DNA of 64,000 nucleotides from Candidatus Eiseniibacteriota bacterium (GCA_963744995.1 CAVUWA010000011.1:288001-352000), one strand, 5' to 3'; positions 28,017 to 37,954 are shown, counted from the stretch's first letter. Notes: generated by a model from the sequence alone, not told the origin. Numbers and translations: made by a program.

Positions 28017-29390
28017 ATGAGAATCCCCAGAGTCCTGATCACGGCGTCGCTCGCGCTGCTCGCCGCCCTGCCGGCGGCCGCCGCGACCAGGCTGCCGGCC
28101 TACACGAAGACGACGCTCAAGAACGGCCTCACGGTGATCATCATGCCGACCGACCGGCTGCCGCTGGTGGACTTCCGTCTGGTGGCGCGCGCGGGCTCGG
28201 TGCACGACCCGGCGGGCAAGGAGGGCTTGGCGAGCCTCACCGCGGACCTGCTCACGCAGGGCGCGGGCGCGCGGGATGCCCGGCAGGTGGCCGACGACAT
28301 CGCGTTCGTCGGCGGGGATCTCGAGGCCTCGGCCGGCGCCGAGCAGCTCGTGGTCACCTGCGAGGTGCTGAGGAAGGACTTCACGACCGGGCTCGAAATG
28401 TTCCGGGACGTGATCGTGGCGCCCACGTTCCCGGCCGAGGAGTTCGAGCGCAAGAAGTCCGAAGCGATCGGCGCGATCGCGGCCAACAAGGACGATCCGG
28501 GCACGGTGGCCAACACCGAGCTGCTGCCGTTCATGATGGAGAACAGCCCGCTCGGCCACCCGGCGATCGGCTGGGAGGACGCGGTGCATGGCCTCACCCG
28601 CGAGGACGTGGTGAAGTTCCACCATGACTTCGTCACTCCGGACAACGCGATGCTCGCGGTGGTCGGCGACGTGGACCCGAAGACCACGCTCAAGGCGCTC
28701 GAGCAGGCGTTCAAGGACTGGAAGAAGTCCGGGAAGAAGCGCGGCGAGCCGTACGCGCCGCTCACCCGCGACGGCGGGCGCCGCATCGCGGTCGTCGACA
28801 AGCCCGAGGTCACGCAGACGCAGATCCGCTTCGCCTGCGTGGGCGTGCCGCGCAATCACCCCGACTACTATCCGATCGCGGTCGCCAACACGATCCTCGG
28901 CGCAGGCTTCACGTCGCGGCTCGTGGACGAGATCCGGGTGAACAAGGGCCTCACCTACAGCATCTCCAGCCGGTTCGACATGTACCGCAACGCCGGCCTG
29001 TTCCGGATCAGTACGTTCACGCGCAACGAAACGATCCGCGAGACCATCGACGAAGTCCTGAAGGTCGTGCAGACGCTGCGCGACGACGGGCCGAAGGCCG
29101 AGGAACTCACCAAGGCCAAATCTTTCCTGACGGGGCTCTATCCCCTGGGGCTGCAGGCGCCGGACAATCTGGCGGCGCGCCTGCTGGACGTCGAGTTCTA
29201 CGGTCTGCCGGCGGACTACATCGAGACCTACGCCGACCGCATCAACGAAGTGGATATGGACGACGCGCGGCGGGTGCTGAAGGCATACTTCTGCACGAAG
29301 GACCTGAACATTCTCCTGGTCTCGAATCCGGACGTGGCGAAGAAGGCGCTGGAAGGCATGGGCGAAGTCAGCGTGATCGCGCTGAACTAG
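28017..29390 (+). CDS. M16 peptidase, non-catalytic partner subunit
   Basis: No HxxEH; SRLVDEIRVNKGLTY motif; tandem with catalytic subunit. Confidence 0.88.
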   Translation: MRIPRVLITASLALLAALPAAAATRLPAYTKTTLKNGLTVIIMPTDRLPLVDFRLVARAGSVHDPAGKEGLASLTADLLTQGAGARDARQVADDIAFVGGDLEASAGAEQLVVTCEVLRKDFTTGLEMFRDVIVAPTFPAEEFERKKSEAIGAIAANKDDPGTVANTELLPFMMENSPLGHPAIGWEDAVHGLTREDVVKFHHDFVTPDNAMLAVVGDVDPKTTLKALEQAFKDWKKSGKKRGEPYAPLTRDGGRRIAVVDKPEVTQTQIRFACVGVPRNHPDYYPIAVANTILGAGFTSRLVDEIRVNKGLTYSISSRFDMYRNAGLFRISTFTRNETIRETIDEVLKVVQTLRDDGPKAEELTKAKSFLTGLYPLGLQAPDNLAARLLDVEFYGLPADYIETYADRINEVDMDDARRVLKAYFCTKDLNILLVSNPDVAKKALEGMGEVSVIALN

Positions 29391-29560
29391 CCGCCGGCTC
29401 GAAGATTCGGCGGGGGGAGCGGCGGGTAGGAGGCCGCCCCCCGGCTCCGGGACGTCATGACGGGGCCCCGGCGCACCGCCCGGGGCCCCGGCGCGTCACG
29501 GCGCGCGTGGCGCCCGGGGGCGCGGCTCGCACTTCGCGCTTCATATGCTAGCTTGGCCGC

Positions 29561-30802
29561 GTGACCGCCCCCGCCCCGCCGTCTCCGCCCGATTCCGCCG
29601 TCGGCGGCAAGCGTCCGCTGCACCGCAACGTCAAGGCGCTCGGGTTCGCTTCGCTCCTCACCGACGTCTCGTCGGAGATGGTGCTGCCGATCCTGCCGCT
29701 GTTCCTCACCGAGACGCTGCGCGCCTCGGTGGCGAGCCTCGGCATCGTCGAGGGGGTGGCCGAGAGTGCGGCCTCGCTGCTGCGGCCCGCGACGGGCTGG
29801 CTCTCCGACCGGCTCGGCTGGCGGAAGCCGTTCATCGTCGGCGGCTACGGGCTGTCGTCGGTCGCCAAAGCGTGCTTCGGCTTCGCCAGCTCGTGGGGCG
29901 CGGTGCTGGGCTTCCGCTTCGGCGACCGGCTCGGCAAGGCGATCCGTACGCCACCGCGCGACGCGCTGCTCGCCGACTCGTCCGACGCGCGCGACTTCGG
30001 CCGCGCGTTCGGCCTGCACCGCGCGATGGACAACGCCGGCGCCGCCCTCGGCCCGCTCGCGGCCTTCGCGATCCTGAGCTTCTTCCCGGGCGATTTCCGG
30101 CGGGTGTTCTTCTTCTCGTTCGTTCCGGGGGCGCTGAGCGTGCTGGTGCTGATCTTCTTCGTGCAGCAGGTGAAACACCGCGCAGCGGCGTTCAAAGGCT
30201 TTCACATGGAGTGGAAGACGCTGGGCGCGCCGTTCCAGAAGTTCGTGCTGGTGGATTTCCTATTCCGGCTCGCAAGCTCGAGTCTGGCGTTCGTGCTGCT
30301 GCGCGCGAAGCAGGCGGGTTTCGCCGACGCCCACGTGCCGCTCGTATATTTCGTCTTCAACGTGATCACGGCAGTGCTGGCCTATCCGCTGGGGCGCTTC
30401 TCGGATCGCGTCGGGCGGCGCGGCATGGTGCTGCTGGGCTACCTGCTGTTCGCGGTGAACTACGCCGGGCTCGCACTGTTCGACTCGCGGCTCTCGGTGC
30501 TGGCCGCGTTCGTGGTGCTCGGCATTCACACGGCGCTGATCGACGGCCAGCAGAAGAGCCTCATCGCCGACCTGGTCCCGGCCGAGCGGCGCGGCACGGC
30601 GTACGGCGTCTATCACATGTTCGTGGGCGTCGCGCTGCTGCCGGCGAGCGTGATGGCCGGCTGGGTCTGGGATCGCTGGGGCGCGGGCGCCACGTTCGGT
30701 CTCGACGCGGCGCTGGCGCTGGCGGCGGCGCTGCTGTTCCTGGTGTTCGTGCCGCTGGGCCACGAGTGGAAAGCGAGGAGTCGGGATGCCCACGCTGGCT
30801 GA
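29561..30802 (+). CDS. MFS transporter
   Basis: About 12 TM helices, GWLSDRLG, RTPPRDALLAD, FGLHRAMD. Confidence 0.92.
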   Translation: MTAPAPPSPPDSAVGGKRPLHRNVKALGFASLLTDVSSEMVLPILPLFLTETLRASVASLGIVEGVAESAASLLRPATGWLSDRLGWRKPFIVGGYGLSSVAKACFGFASSWGAVLGFRFGDRLGKAIRTPPRDALLADSSDARDFGRAFGLHRAMDNAGAALGPLAAFAILSFFPGDFRRVFFFSFVPGALSVLVLIFFVQQVKHRAAAFKGFHMEWKTLGAPFQKFVLVDFLFRLASSSLAFVLLRAKQAGFADAHVPLVYFVFNVITAVLAYPLGRFSDRVGRRGMVLLGYLLFAVNYAGLALFDSRLSVLAAFVVLGIHTALIDGQQKSLIADLVPAERRGTAYGVYHMFVGVALLPASVMAGWVWDRWGAGATFGLDAALALAAALLFLVFVPLGHEWKARSRDAHAG

Positions 30803-31805
30803 ACTCGGTGAATTCGAGGTCATCCGCCGGCTCGCGGCGGTGCGCTCGGAGACGGAGGGCATCGTCACCGGTGCGGGGGACGACGCGGCGGTGGTGCGGC
30901 CGACGGACGGCTGCGACCTGGTGGTGACGGCCGACGCATTCGTCGAGGGCAGGCACTATCTGACCGAATGGATGAGCGCCGAGCAGGCCGGCCGCCGCCT
31001 CGCGACGGCGAACCTGAGCGACATGGCGGCGATGGCCGCGACGCCGCGCTGGGCGCTGCACTCGATCGGCGTCCGCGGTGATCAGACGATCGCCTGGCTC
31101 GAGCACTTCGAGCGCGGTGTGGACCGTGCGCTCGCCGAAGCCGGCGCGTCGGTGGTGGGCGGCAATCTCACGGCGATCGACGGCGCGGCGTGGGCGGACC
31201 TGACGCTGATGGGCGAAACGCAGCGCGGCGCGGCGTGGATGCGTGGCGGCGCGCGCGACGGCGACCTGCTGGTGGTGACCGGCTGGCCGGGGCGCGCGGG
31301 CGCGGGCTGGCGGCTGGCGGCGGCGCGCGGGGCGAAGGCGCGGTCGGCCGAATGGACCGAGTTGATCGCCGCGTGGGTCGCCCCCGAGGCGCGCCACGCG
31401 CTGGCGCTCGCGCTGCTGCCGCTCGGCGCGGTGACGGCCGCCGTGGACATCTCGGACGGGGTCGCGGGCGACGCCGGGCATCTGTGCGAGGCCAGCCACG
31501 CGGGCGCGGTGCTCGACGAATCGGTATGGCCGGACGACCCGCTGCTGGCGCGCGTGGCGGCGGAACTGGGCGTGCCGCTCGATGACCTGCGGCTGGGCCC
31601 GAGCGATGACTACGAGCTATTGCTGGCCGTGAAGCCGGGCGGGCTCGAGGCGTGTCTCGAGATCGCGCAGTCGCTGGACGTGCCGTTCCATGTCGTCGGT
31701 CGCGTGACCCGCGCCGGGCAGGGGCTGGTATGGCTCGGCAAGGGCGGCGCGCGGCCGCTCGGGGTGAAGGGCTTCGAGCATTTTCGCGGAAAGCCGCGCG
31801 ACTGA
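30786..31805 (+). CDS. thiL: Thiamine-monophosphate kinase
   Basis: GEFEVI, GDDAA, NLSDMAAM, DISDG, DDYELL. Confidence 0.93.
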   Translation: MPTLAELGEFEVIRRLAAVRSETEGIVTGAGDDAAVVRPTDGCDLVVTADAFVEGRHYLTEWMSAEQAGRRLATANLSDMAAMAATPRWALHSIGVRGDQTIAWLEHFERGVDRALAEAGASVVGGNLTAIDGAAWADLTLMGETQRGAAWMRGGARDGDLLVVTGWPGRAGAGWRLAAARGAKARSAEWTELIAAWVAPEARHALALALLPLGAVTAAVDISDGVAGDAGHLCEASHAGAVLDESVWPDDPLLARVAAELGVPLDDLRLGPSDDYELLLAVKPGGLEACLEIAQSLDVPFHVVGRVTRAGQGLVWLGKGGARPLGVKGFEHFRGKPRD

Positions 31806-31836
31806 CTCTACTTCTGGCCGCGTCGCAACGAAAGGC

Positions 31837-32550
31837 ATGCACATGACGAAGCCCACGAACGTGAAGGAACTACTCGGCCTCCGGCAGGGGCCGCTGGCCG
31901 TCGGATTCCTGACTGAAATCCCGGCCGGGCTGCGCCGCTACGATGGCCCCGCACTCGCCGCGGGCTGCGGCTTCTGGCCCGAAGTCGACAAGCGTGGCGC
32001 GTTCTACACCCTGGCCGAGGACCATCAGCACTGCGCGATCGGCTGCCACACGCACAAGCTGCCGCTGCCGCCGGAGCGCGAAGGCGATCTGCCGCGCGCG
32101 ATCGGCCTGATGACGGGCTGCGGCTACATCGGGGCCGGGGAAGTCGCCGGCATTCCGGTGCTGCCGAACACGCCGAAGGCGGTCGCCTACGGTCCCGCCG
32201 ACGCACCGGGCTTCGAGGCCGATGTCGTCATCGTCGCTGCGAACCCCGCGCAGGCGATGCTGCTCTACGAGGCCGCGCTCAAGGCCGGCGCAGGAAACGC
32301 GCTCACGAACGCACTCGGCAGGCCCGCATGCGCGGTGCTGCCGCTGACGGTCGGGATGGGCACCACCGCCGCGTCGTTCGGCTGCAAGGGCAATCGCATT
32401 CACAGCGGACTGCCGGATGGCGAGATGTACGTCTCGGTGCCGGCTGCGAAGTGGAGTGCCGTGAAGGAGGCCCTGGTCGAAACCTGTCGCGCCAACGAGA
32501 GCATGGGCGCGTATTACGTGGAGCATCGGGCCGAGGTCGAGCAGGCCTGA
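31837..32550 (+). CDS. DUF169-family Cys-containing protein
   Basis: PLAVGF, CAIG, DVVIVAANPAQAM, SFGCKGNR. Confidence 0.75.
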   Translation: MHMTKPTNVKELLGLRQGPLAVGFLTEIPAGLRRYDGPALAAGCGFWPEVDKRGAFYTLAEDHQHCAIGCHTHKLPLPPEREGDLPRAIGLMTGCGYIGAGEVAGIPVLPNTPKAVAYGPADAPGFEADVVIVAANPAQAMLLYEAALKAGAGNALTNALGRPACAVLPLTVGMGTTAASFGCKGNRIHSGLPDGEMYVSVPAAKWSAVKEALVETCRANESMGAYYVEHRAEVEQA

Positions 32551-32683
32551 ACGGCCACCGGCTTTATCGTCGGTGCGCGACGTCGGTGAAGATGCAGAAG
32601 ACCATGGATTCGGCGGGGCGCGCCGACCTGCGCTACACGCTGCTTCACGAGGCCGGCACGGGAACCCGTTCGCAGCGCGGCGC

Positions 32684-32783
32684 CCGGGCGCGTGCCGGGA
32701 GCGCGGCGGCGGCGCGGCGATTCAGCGCCGCGTCCGGGCGTGTGCCGGGCCCGCGGCGGCGGTGCGGCGATTCAGCGCCGCGC
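32684..32783. repeat. Two tandem 50-bp units, each with a REP-like hairpin
   Basis: GCGGCGATTCAGCGCCGCG occurs twice, 50 bp apart, between convergent genes. Confidence 0.75.
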
Positions 32784-32805
32784 CCGTCCTGCCCGCCGCG
32801 CGGCG

Positions 32806-33366
32806 CTAGCGCGATTTCTTGTCGCCCACGCCCGCGAACAGCTCGCCGACGCTGGATTCTTTCGCGAACCTGGCTTCGTGCTGGATCAGCCACTTCTTGC
32901 GATGGATGCCGCCGCCGTAGCCGGTGAGCTTGCCGTTGGCGCCGATCACGCGATGGCACGGCACGATGACCGGAATCGGGTTCTGGTTGTTTGCCAGTCC
33001 CACCGCGCGCGCCGCCTTCGGCTGGCCGATCGTCTTGGCGATCTGGCCGTAGGTGCGCGTTTCCCCGAACGGAATCTCGCAAAGCGCTTTCCAGACCTGG
33101 ATCTGGAAGTCCGAGCCCACGAGATCCAGCGGCACCGTGAACGCGTAGCGTTGCCCCGTGAAATACTCGTCCAGCTCGTCCACGGCATCCCGAAGGTCCA
33201 GCAGCGACGGCTCCCACGTGGCGTCGGGATAGTCATTCGAGTGGCGCGCGATCATGCGCTTGAGGCTCTTGCGGTCCATGAAGTCGACGTAGCGCAGGCC
33301 GTTTTCGGTGCGCGCCAGGAACAGCAGGCCGACGGGCGAAGACATCATGTGGTAGGCGATTCGCAT
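32806..33366 (-). CDS. ogt: Methylated-DNA-protein-cysteine methyltransferase
   Basis: IPFGETRTYG, ARAVG, active site VPCHRVI. Confidence 0.93.
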   Translation of the reverse strand: MRIAYHMMSSPVGLLFLARTENGLRYVDFMDRKSLKRMIARHSNDYPDATWEPSLLDLRDAVDELDEYFTGQRYAFTVPLDLVGSDFQIQVWKALCEIPFGETRTYGQIAKTIGQPKAARAVGLANNQNPIPVIVPCHRVIGANGKLTGYGGGIHRKKWLIQHEARFAKESSVGELFAGVGDKKSR

Positions 33367-33894
33367 GGACGCAGAGTAGCCGACGGAGAGGGGTGCCACA
33401 AGAGCCGGACTGGAAGGATTCGGACGTGACTATCCGGCGAAGCCGGGGTTTTTGCAGCGCGGGCGCGGCGCTCGGAGTGCGGCTTCGCGGCGCGATCGGC
33501 CCACGCCGGGGTGGCGCCAGGCGGGGCGATGCGGCCGGACGGGAAGCGCGCATTGCGCGGGCCATTCGTCCGGGCGGTGTGCGCGGCGCGTTTCGAATTG
33601 CGCAGCCACGCGCGACTTGATATCCGCGCGCTGCGAGTCGGCGCGGCAAGAATGTTCTTGACGCTTTTTCGCGGGCGCCCTTCCAGCGCTTCCGTGCGGC
33701 GCCCAGATCATCGCGCCGTTGCGCAGAGGAGGCGTCGTGCGCGCACGAACCCGCGTGAATCCAATTTCGCGCGATGCACGTGTGCGATCTGCGCGCTGCG
33801 CGGATCCCTGAGCTCCGAAAATCGGTGTGATATGAAAGGCATGCGCTCCCGCGCAGATTCCCCGCGTATCCCGCCCCCGCGGAGTGAAGTCGAA

Positions 33895-35052
33895 ATGCGC
33901 GTGCGTTCGCTGTCGCATCTGTCGCCCCGGACCCTGCTGGATCGTGTCGCCGAACTCCTGGCCCGTGAGCGCGAAGTCACCGCGGAGCTGATTCTGTGTC
34001 TTGCCGAGGTTCTGCGCCGGCACCTTTACGCCGTCGAGGGCTATCCATCCATGCACGCCTATTGCGTCGGCGCGCTCGGGCTCTCTGAAGACGAAGCCGG
34101 CAGGCGCATCCGTGTCGTTCGCATGGCGCGGCGCTTCCCGCAGATTCTCGCGATGATTGCCGACGGCCGGCTGCACCTGAGCGGCGTGTGCCTGCTGGCG
34201 CCGCACCTGACCCACGACAACGCGGCCGAGCTGCTCGCGGCGGCCGCGCGACGGAGCAAGCGCCAGATCGAACAGCTCCTGGCCGAGCGCTTCCCGCAGG
34301 AGGACGTGCCGGCGCTGGTGGGGCCGATCGGACCTGCCGCTGAACCGGCGGACCCGAAGAAATCCGTCCCGGGACGGATTTTCGACACGCCGGAACTCGG
34401 CACGCTCGCGCGGACGGTCACGGCGGATGTCGTTGAGCCATCAGCACCTCCGGCAGTCGAAGAGCCTGGCGCCGACCCCGGGAAATCCGTCCCGGGACGG
34501 ATTCTGGAGGCCACGCCGCCGCGCCCGCGCCTCGCGCCGCTCGCCCCGGAACGTTACGCGATCCAGTTCACCATGGATCAGGGCATGCACGATGACCTGG
34601 TGCGCGCGCAGGAGCTGCTCGGGCACGTGATCGCACCGGGCGAGATCACCGAAGTCCTTCGGCGTGCGCTGCGGGAACTCGTGACGAAACTCGAGAAAGC
34701 AAGATTCGCGGCGACGAGCCGCCCGAAGCCCGGGAAGACCCCGTGCGCAGAGTCTTCGAACTCCCGGCACATTCCGGCCGCCGTCAAACGCGAAGTCCAT
34801 GCCCGCGACGAGGGCCACTGCACGTTCGTAAGCGAAACCGGTCACCGCTGCGAATCACGCGAGGCGCTCGAATTCGATCACGTGATCCCGGTCGCGAAGG
34901 GCGGAAAGTCGGAGCCCGGGAACCTGAGACTTCTCTGCCGCGCGCACAATCAATACGAAGCCAGTCAGGCGCTGGGAGAAGGCTTCATGCATGAGATCCG
35001 GGAGCGGGCGCGGGCGTCCAGAGGGTCGCAGGCGACAGCCGCGGCGCCGTGA
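33895..35052 (+). CDS. HNH endonuclease with DUF222-like N-terminal region
   Basis: SRHIPAAVKREVHARDEGHC...C...EFDHVIPVAKGG...NLRLLCRAHN. Confidence 0.85.
   Translation: MRVRSLSHLSPRTLLDRVAELLAREREVTAELILCLAEVLRRHLYAVEGYPSMHAYCVGALGLSEDEAGRRIRVVRMARRFPQILAMIADGRLHLSGVCLLAPHLTHDNAAELLAAAARRSKRQIEQLLAERFPQEDVPALVGPIGPAAEPADPKKSVPGRIFDTPELGTLARTVTADVVEPSAPPAVEEPGADPGKSVPGRILEATPPRPRLAPLAPERYAIQFTMDQGMHDDLVRAQELLGHVIAPGEITEVLRRALRELVTKLEKARFAATSRPKPGKTPCAESSNSRHIPAAVKREVHARDEGHCTFVSETGHRCESREALEFDHVIPVAKGGKSEPGNLRLLCRAHNQYEASQALGEGFMHEIRERARASRGSQATAAAP
34361..34503. repeat. Two copies of perfect 20-bp palindrome AATCCGTCCCGGGACGGATT inside the HNH gene
   Basis: Copies at 34361-34380 and 34484-34503. 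Confidence 0.92.
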
Positions 35053-35225
35053 AGCCGGCCTGGACGTCCGAGACGAGATCACGCGACGGGCCCGGCCGGG
35101 GATACGCGGTCGGCCGCGGCGCGGTGAAGCCGGCCGGGCGCCTGGACCAGGCAGGCCTGAATCACGATCGTGCGGCCGGGCGGCCTGCTCGCGCGGGTGA
35201 GTGCGCGGCCGGCGCTTCGCGCGGT

Positions 35226-36272
35226 TCAGTACCCCTCGCCCTCGCGGGCGGCTTCGGCCCGGCCGCGGTGGATCCGGAACAGCACCACGAAATAGGCGAT
35301 CGCGATCGGGAAGCCGATCAGCCACCAGCCGAGGGCGGTGCGCAGGCCGGCTTCCGTCGAACCGGAGTTCTGCGCGGTGATCGAGAGCGCGGGGTTCGTG
35401 ATCGATTTCAGGATCACGGGATACAGACACGCAGCGGTGGCGACGAGCATGCCGGCGAGATACGCGCACGAGCCGAGAAACGCGAACCCGGGTCTGTTTC
35501 CACGCGCGAACGCGAACACGCCGACGAGCCCGCCGCCGGCGAGCGCGAGCCCGAGCCACGCGAGCGGCCGGCCGGGCAGCGCCAGGAGCAAATTCGGGTT
35601 CACGAAATACGTCGCGAGAGTCGCGAGCGGCCACAGCACGGCCGTCACGAGATAGAAGCGCGGCACCAGCGCGCGGGCGCGCTCTGCGACGGCGCCCGAG
35701 GCGCGCCACGACAGCCATGCGGCGCCGTGGCCGAGCAGCGCGACCAGCGCGAATACGCCGGCGAGCACGGTGTACCAGTCCAGGATCCCGGCCGGATCGC
35801 GCGGCAGGAAATTCGTGAACAAGACCAGCTCGAACCAGCCGTCGGCATTCAGCGGCACGCCGCGTATGACGTTGCCGAGCGCTGCGCCGAACAGGATCGC
35901 GAGCAGCCCGCTCGCGCCGCAGAACGCCGCATCCCAGAAGCCGCGCCACAGCGCATGCTGCACGTGGCTCCGGAACTCGATCGCGATGGCGCGCCCGATC
36001 AGGCACCAGAGCACGAGAAATATCGCGAAATAGAATCCCGACAGCCCCGCGGCGAGCGCGGCCGGAAACGCCACGAACAACGCCCCGCCCGACGCGAGCA
36101 GCCAGACCTCGTTCGCGTCCCAGAACGGGCCGATCGCGGCGAGCACGGTGCGGCGCTCGGTGTCGTTGCGCGCGATCCAGAGGTGCAGCGCGCCGGCGCC
36201 CAGGTCGTAGCCGTCGAGAACCACGTAGGCCGCGAGCATGACGGCCACGATGCCGTACCAGAGCTCATGCAT
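35226..36272 (-). CDS. cydB: Cytochrome bd oxidase subunit II
   Basis: YVVLDGYDLGAG, IGPFWDANEVWL. Confidence 0.95.
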   Translation of the reverse strand: MHELWYGIVAVMLAAYVVLDGYDLGAGALHLWIARNDTERRTVLAAIGPFWDANEVWLLASGGALFVAFPAALAAGLSGFYFAIFLVLWCLIGRAIAIEFRSHVQHALWRGFWDAAFCGASGLLAILFGAALGNVIRGVPLNADGWFELVLFTNFLPRDPAGILDWYTVLAGVFALVALLGHGAAWLSWRASGAVAERARALVPRFYLVTAVLWPLATLATYFVNPNLLLALPGRPLAWLGLALAGGGLVGVFAFARGNRPGFAFLGSCAYLAGMLVATAACLYPVILKSITNPALSITAQNSGSTEAGLRTALGWWLIGFPIAIAYFVVLFRIHRGRAEAAREGEGY

Positions 36273-36343
36273 GCGTCTGGGCTCCTGCAGGGCCGGCGGG
36301 CGCCGGCCGTGGCCCGGGCGTGAGGCGCTTCGAACTCACGAAC

Positions 36344-37681
36344 TCATGCATGGGGCTCGCCTGCGGCGCTCACAGGCCCATGCACGATCTCGCGCCCGAT
36401 CATGAACACGAACAGAAGCCCCAGCACCAGGTACAGCCCGGCGAAGCCGATCAGAGTGAACAGCGCGCTGCCGGAATGCACCAGCGGGCTCGACGCCTCG
36501 TTCGTGCGCAGCAGGCCATAGACGACCCACGGCTGACGCCCGAGCTCGGCGCTCATCCAGCCGGCCGTGTTCGCAATGTACGGAAACGGAAACGCGAGCA
36601 TGAGCACCCAGAGCATGGCGCGCGAGCCGTAGAGCCGTCGTCGCCACGCGAGCAGCGTGGCGATTCCCATGACCAAGACAAAAATCGTCCCGAGCCCGAC
36701 CATGATGTGAAACGCGTAGTACAGGAGCTCTATGTTGTCCGGCCAGGTGTCCTGCGGGAACGCATCGAGCCCGGCGACGTTCGAATGAAATGCGCCGAAG
36801 GCGAGAAAACTCAGCACGCCCGGCACCTGCAGCGGATTGTCGATCTTCTGCTCGGCGACGTTCGGCTGGCCGATCAGCGTGATGCGCGCGTAGGGGCCGC
36901 TCTCGAAGCGGCCCTCCATCGCCGCGAGTCCGGCGGGCTGGTGCTTCGCGACCAGCTTGGCCTGATGATCGCCGGTCGGAAACGCGACCAGAATGCTGGA
37001 AATCAGCCCCGCGATCACACCCACGCGCAGAAAGCGCCGCGCGGGAGCGCCGTGCCTGCCGGCGAGCGCGTAATAGGCGCCGACGGCGGCGACCACGAAC
37101 GCGCTGGTGACCACGCTCGCGATCATGGTGTGCGCGTACTCGGCGAGCGCCCAGGGATTGAACAGGAACGCCCGGAAACTCGCGAGCTGCAGGCGCCCGA
37201 CGGCGTCCACGGCGTAGCCCACGGGATGCTGCAGGAACGCGTTGGTGGTCACGATGAAGTAGCCGGACAGCCAGCTGCCGACGAACAGCGCGAACGCCGA
37301 GAGCCAGTGCCCGATGCGGCCGACGCGCTGCTCGCCCCAGATCAGCACGGCGAGAAAACTGGATTCCAAGAAGAACGCGAACAGGCCCTCCATCGCCAGC
37401 GTGTGGCCGATCACGCTGCCGGCATAGCGCGAGAGCCCGGCCCAGTTGGTGCCGAACTGGAACTCCATCGGGATTCCGGTCACCACGCCCATGGCGAAGT
37501 TGATGCCGAAGATCCGGATCCAGAACCGCGCCGCCGCGTTCCACGCCTCGCCGCCCTCGCGCAGGGCGAGCGACTTCATCACCAGGATCAGCAGCGCCAG
37601 CCCCATCGTGAGCTGCGGGAACAGATAGTGATAGACGATGGTGAAGGCGAACTGGAGCCTGTGCCAGAAAGCGAAGTCCAT
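36344..37681 (-). CDS. cydA: Cytochrome bd oxidase subunit I
   Basis: RLQFAFTIVYHYLFP, FQFGTNW, ELGRQPW. Confidence 0.96.
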   Translation of the reverse strand: MDFAFWHRLQFAFTIVYHYLFPQLTMGLALLILVMKSLALREGGEAWNAAARFWIRIFGINFAMGVVTGIPMEFQFGTNWAGLSRYAGSVIGHTLAMEGLFAFFLESSFLAVLIWGEQRVGRIGHWLSAFALFVGSWLSGYFIVTTNAFLQHPVGYAVDAVGRLQLASFRAFLFNPWALAEYAHTMIASVVTSAFVVAAVGAYYALAGRHGAPARRFLRVGVIAGLISSILVAFPTGDHQAKLVAKHQPAGLAAMEGRFESGPYARITLIGQPNVAEQKIDNPLQVPGVLSFLAFGAFHSNVAGLDAFPQDTWPDNIELLYYAFHIMVGLGTIFVLVMGIATLLAWRRRLYGSRAMLWVLMLAFPFPYIANTAGWMSAELGRQPWVVYGLLRTNEASSPLVHSGSALFTLIGFAGLYLVLGLLFVFMIGREIVHGPVSAAGEPHA

Positions 37682-37714
37682 GATGCTCCCGTGAGACGCG
37701 AGAAGGCGCACGGG

Positions 37715-37742
37715 ATTGTAGGAGTGTTGGCGCCGCCGTCAA
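37715..37742 (-). promoter_or_regulatory. Sigma70-type promoter for cydAB
   Basis: TTGACG-N16-TACAAT on minus strand. Confidence 0.65.
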
Positions 37743-37862
37743 ACGGGCGGGATGCAGGTCCGATTCGCTGCCGCCCGCCGGGGCGAGACCCCGGCGCGCC
37801 GCGCCGTGCTCGAGGCGGTCGCGATGGCCCGCGACGCGCTGCGTCGCTTCGCCCGCCCGCCG

Positions 37863-37891
37863 TTGACACGTCCAATGCACGCTTCGATAAT
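37863..37891 (+). promoter_or_regulatory. Sigma70-type promoter for the T6SS accessory/toxin operon
   Basis: TTGACA-N17-GATAAT; GAGGAG RBS before ATG at 37955. Confidence 0.75.
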
Positions 37892-37954
37892 GCGCTTCCC
37901 GCGCACGGAGGCGCATCCGACGCCTCGTTCCACCCGACAGAGGAGACTCGCACC

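Noticed and set aside
34361..34503. CRISPR array interpretation of the palindromic repeats
   Set aside because: Only two copies, a 103-bp spacer, located inside a CDS, and no cas genes in the window
36320..37954. 725-aa ORF ending in DUF6484
   Set aside because: Upstream part is antisense to cydA; promoter and RBS support a start at 37955
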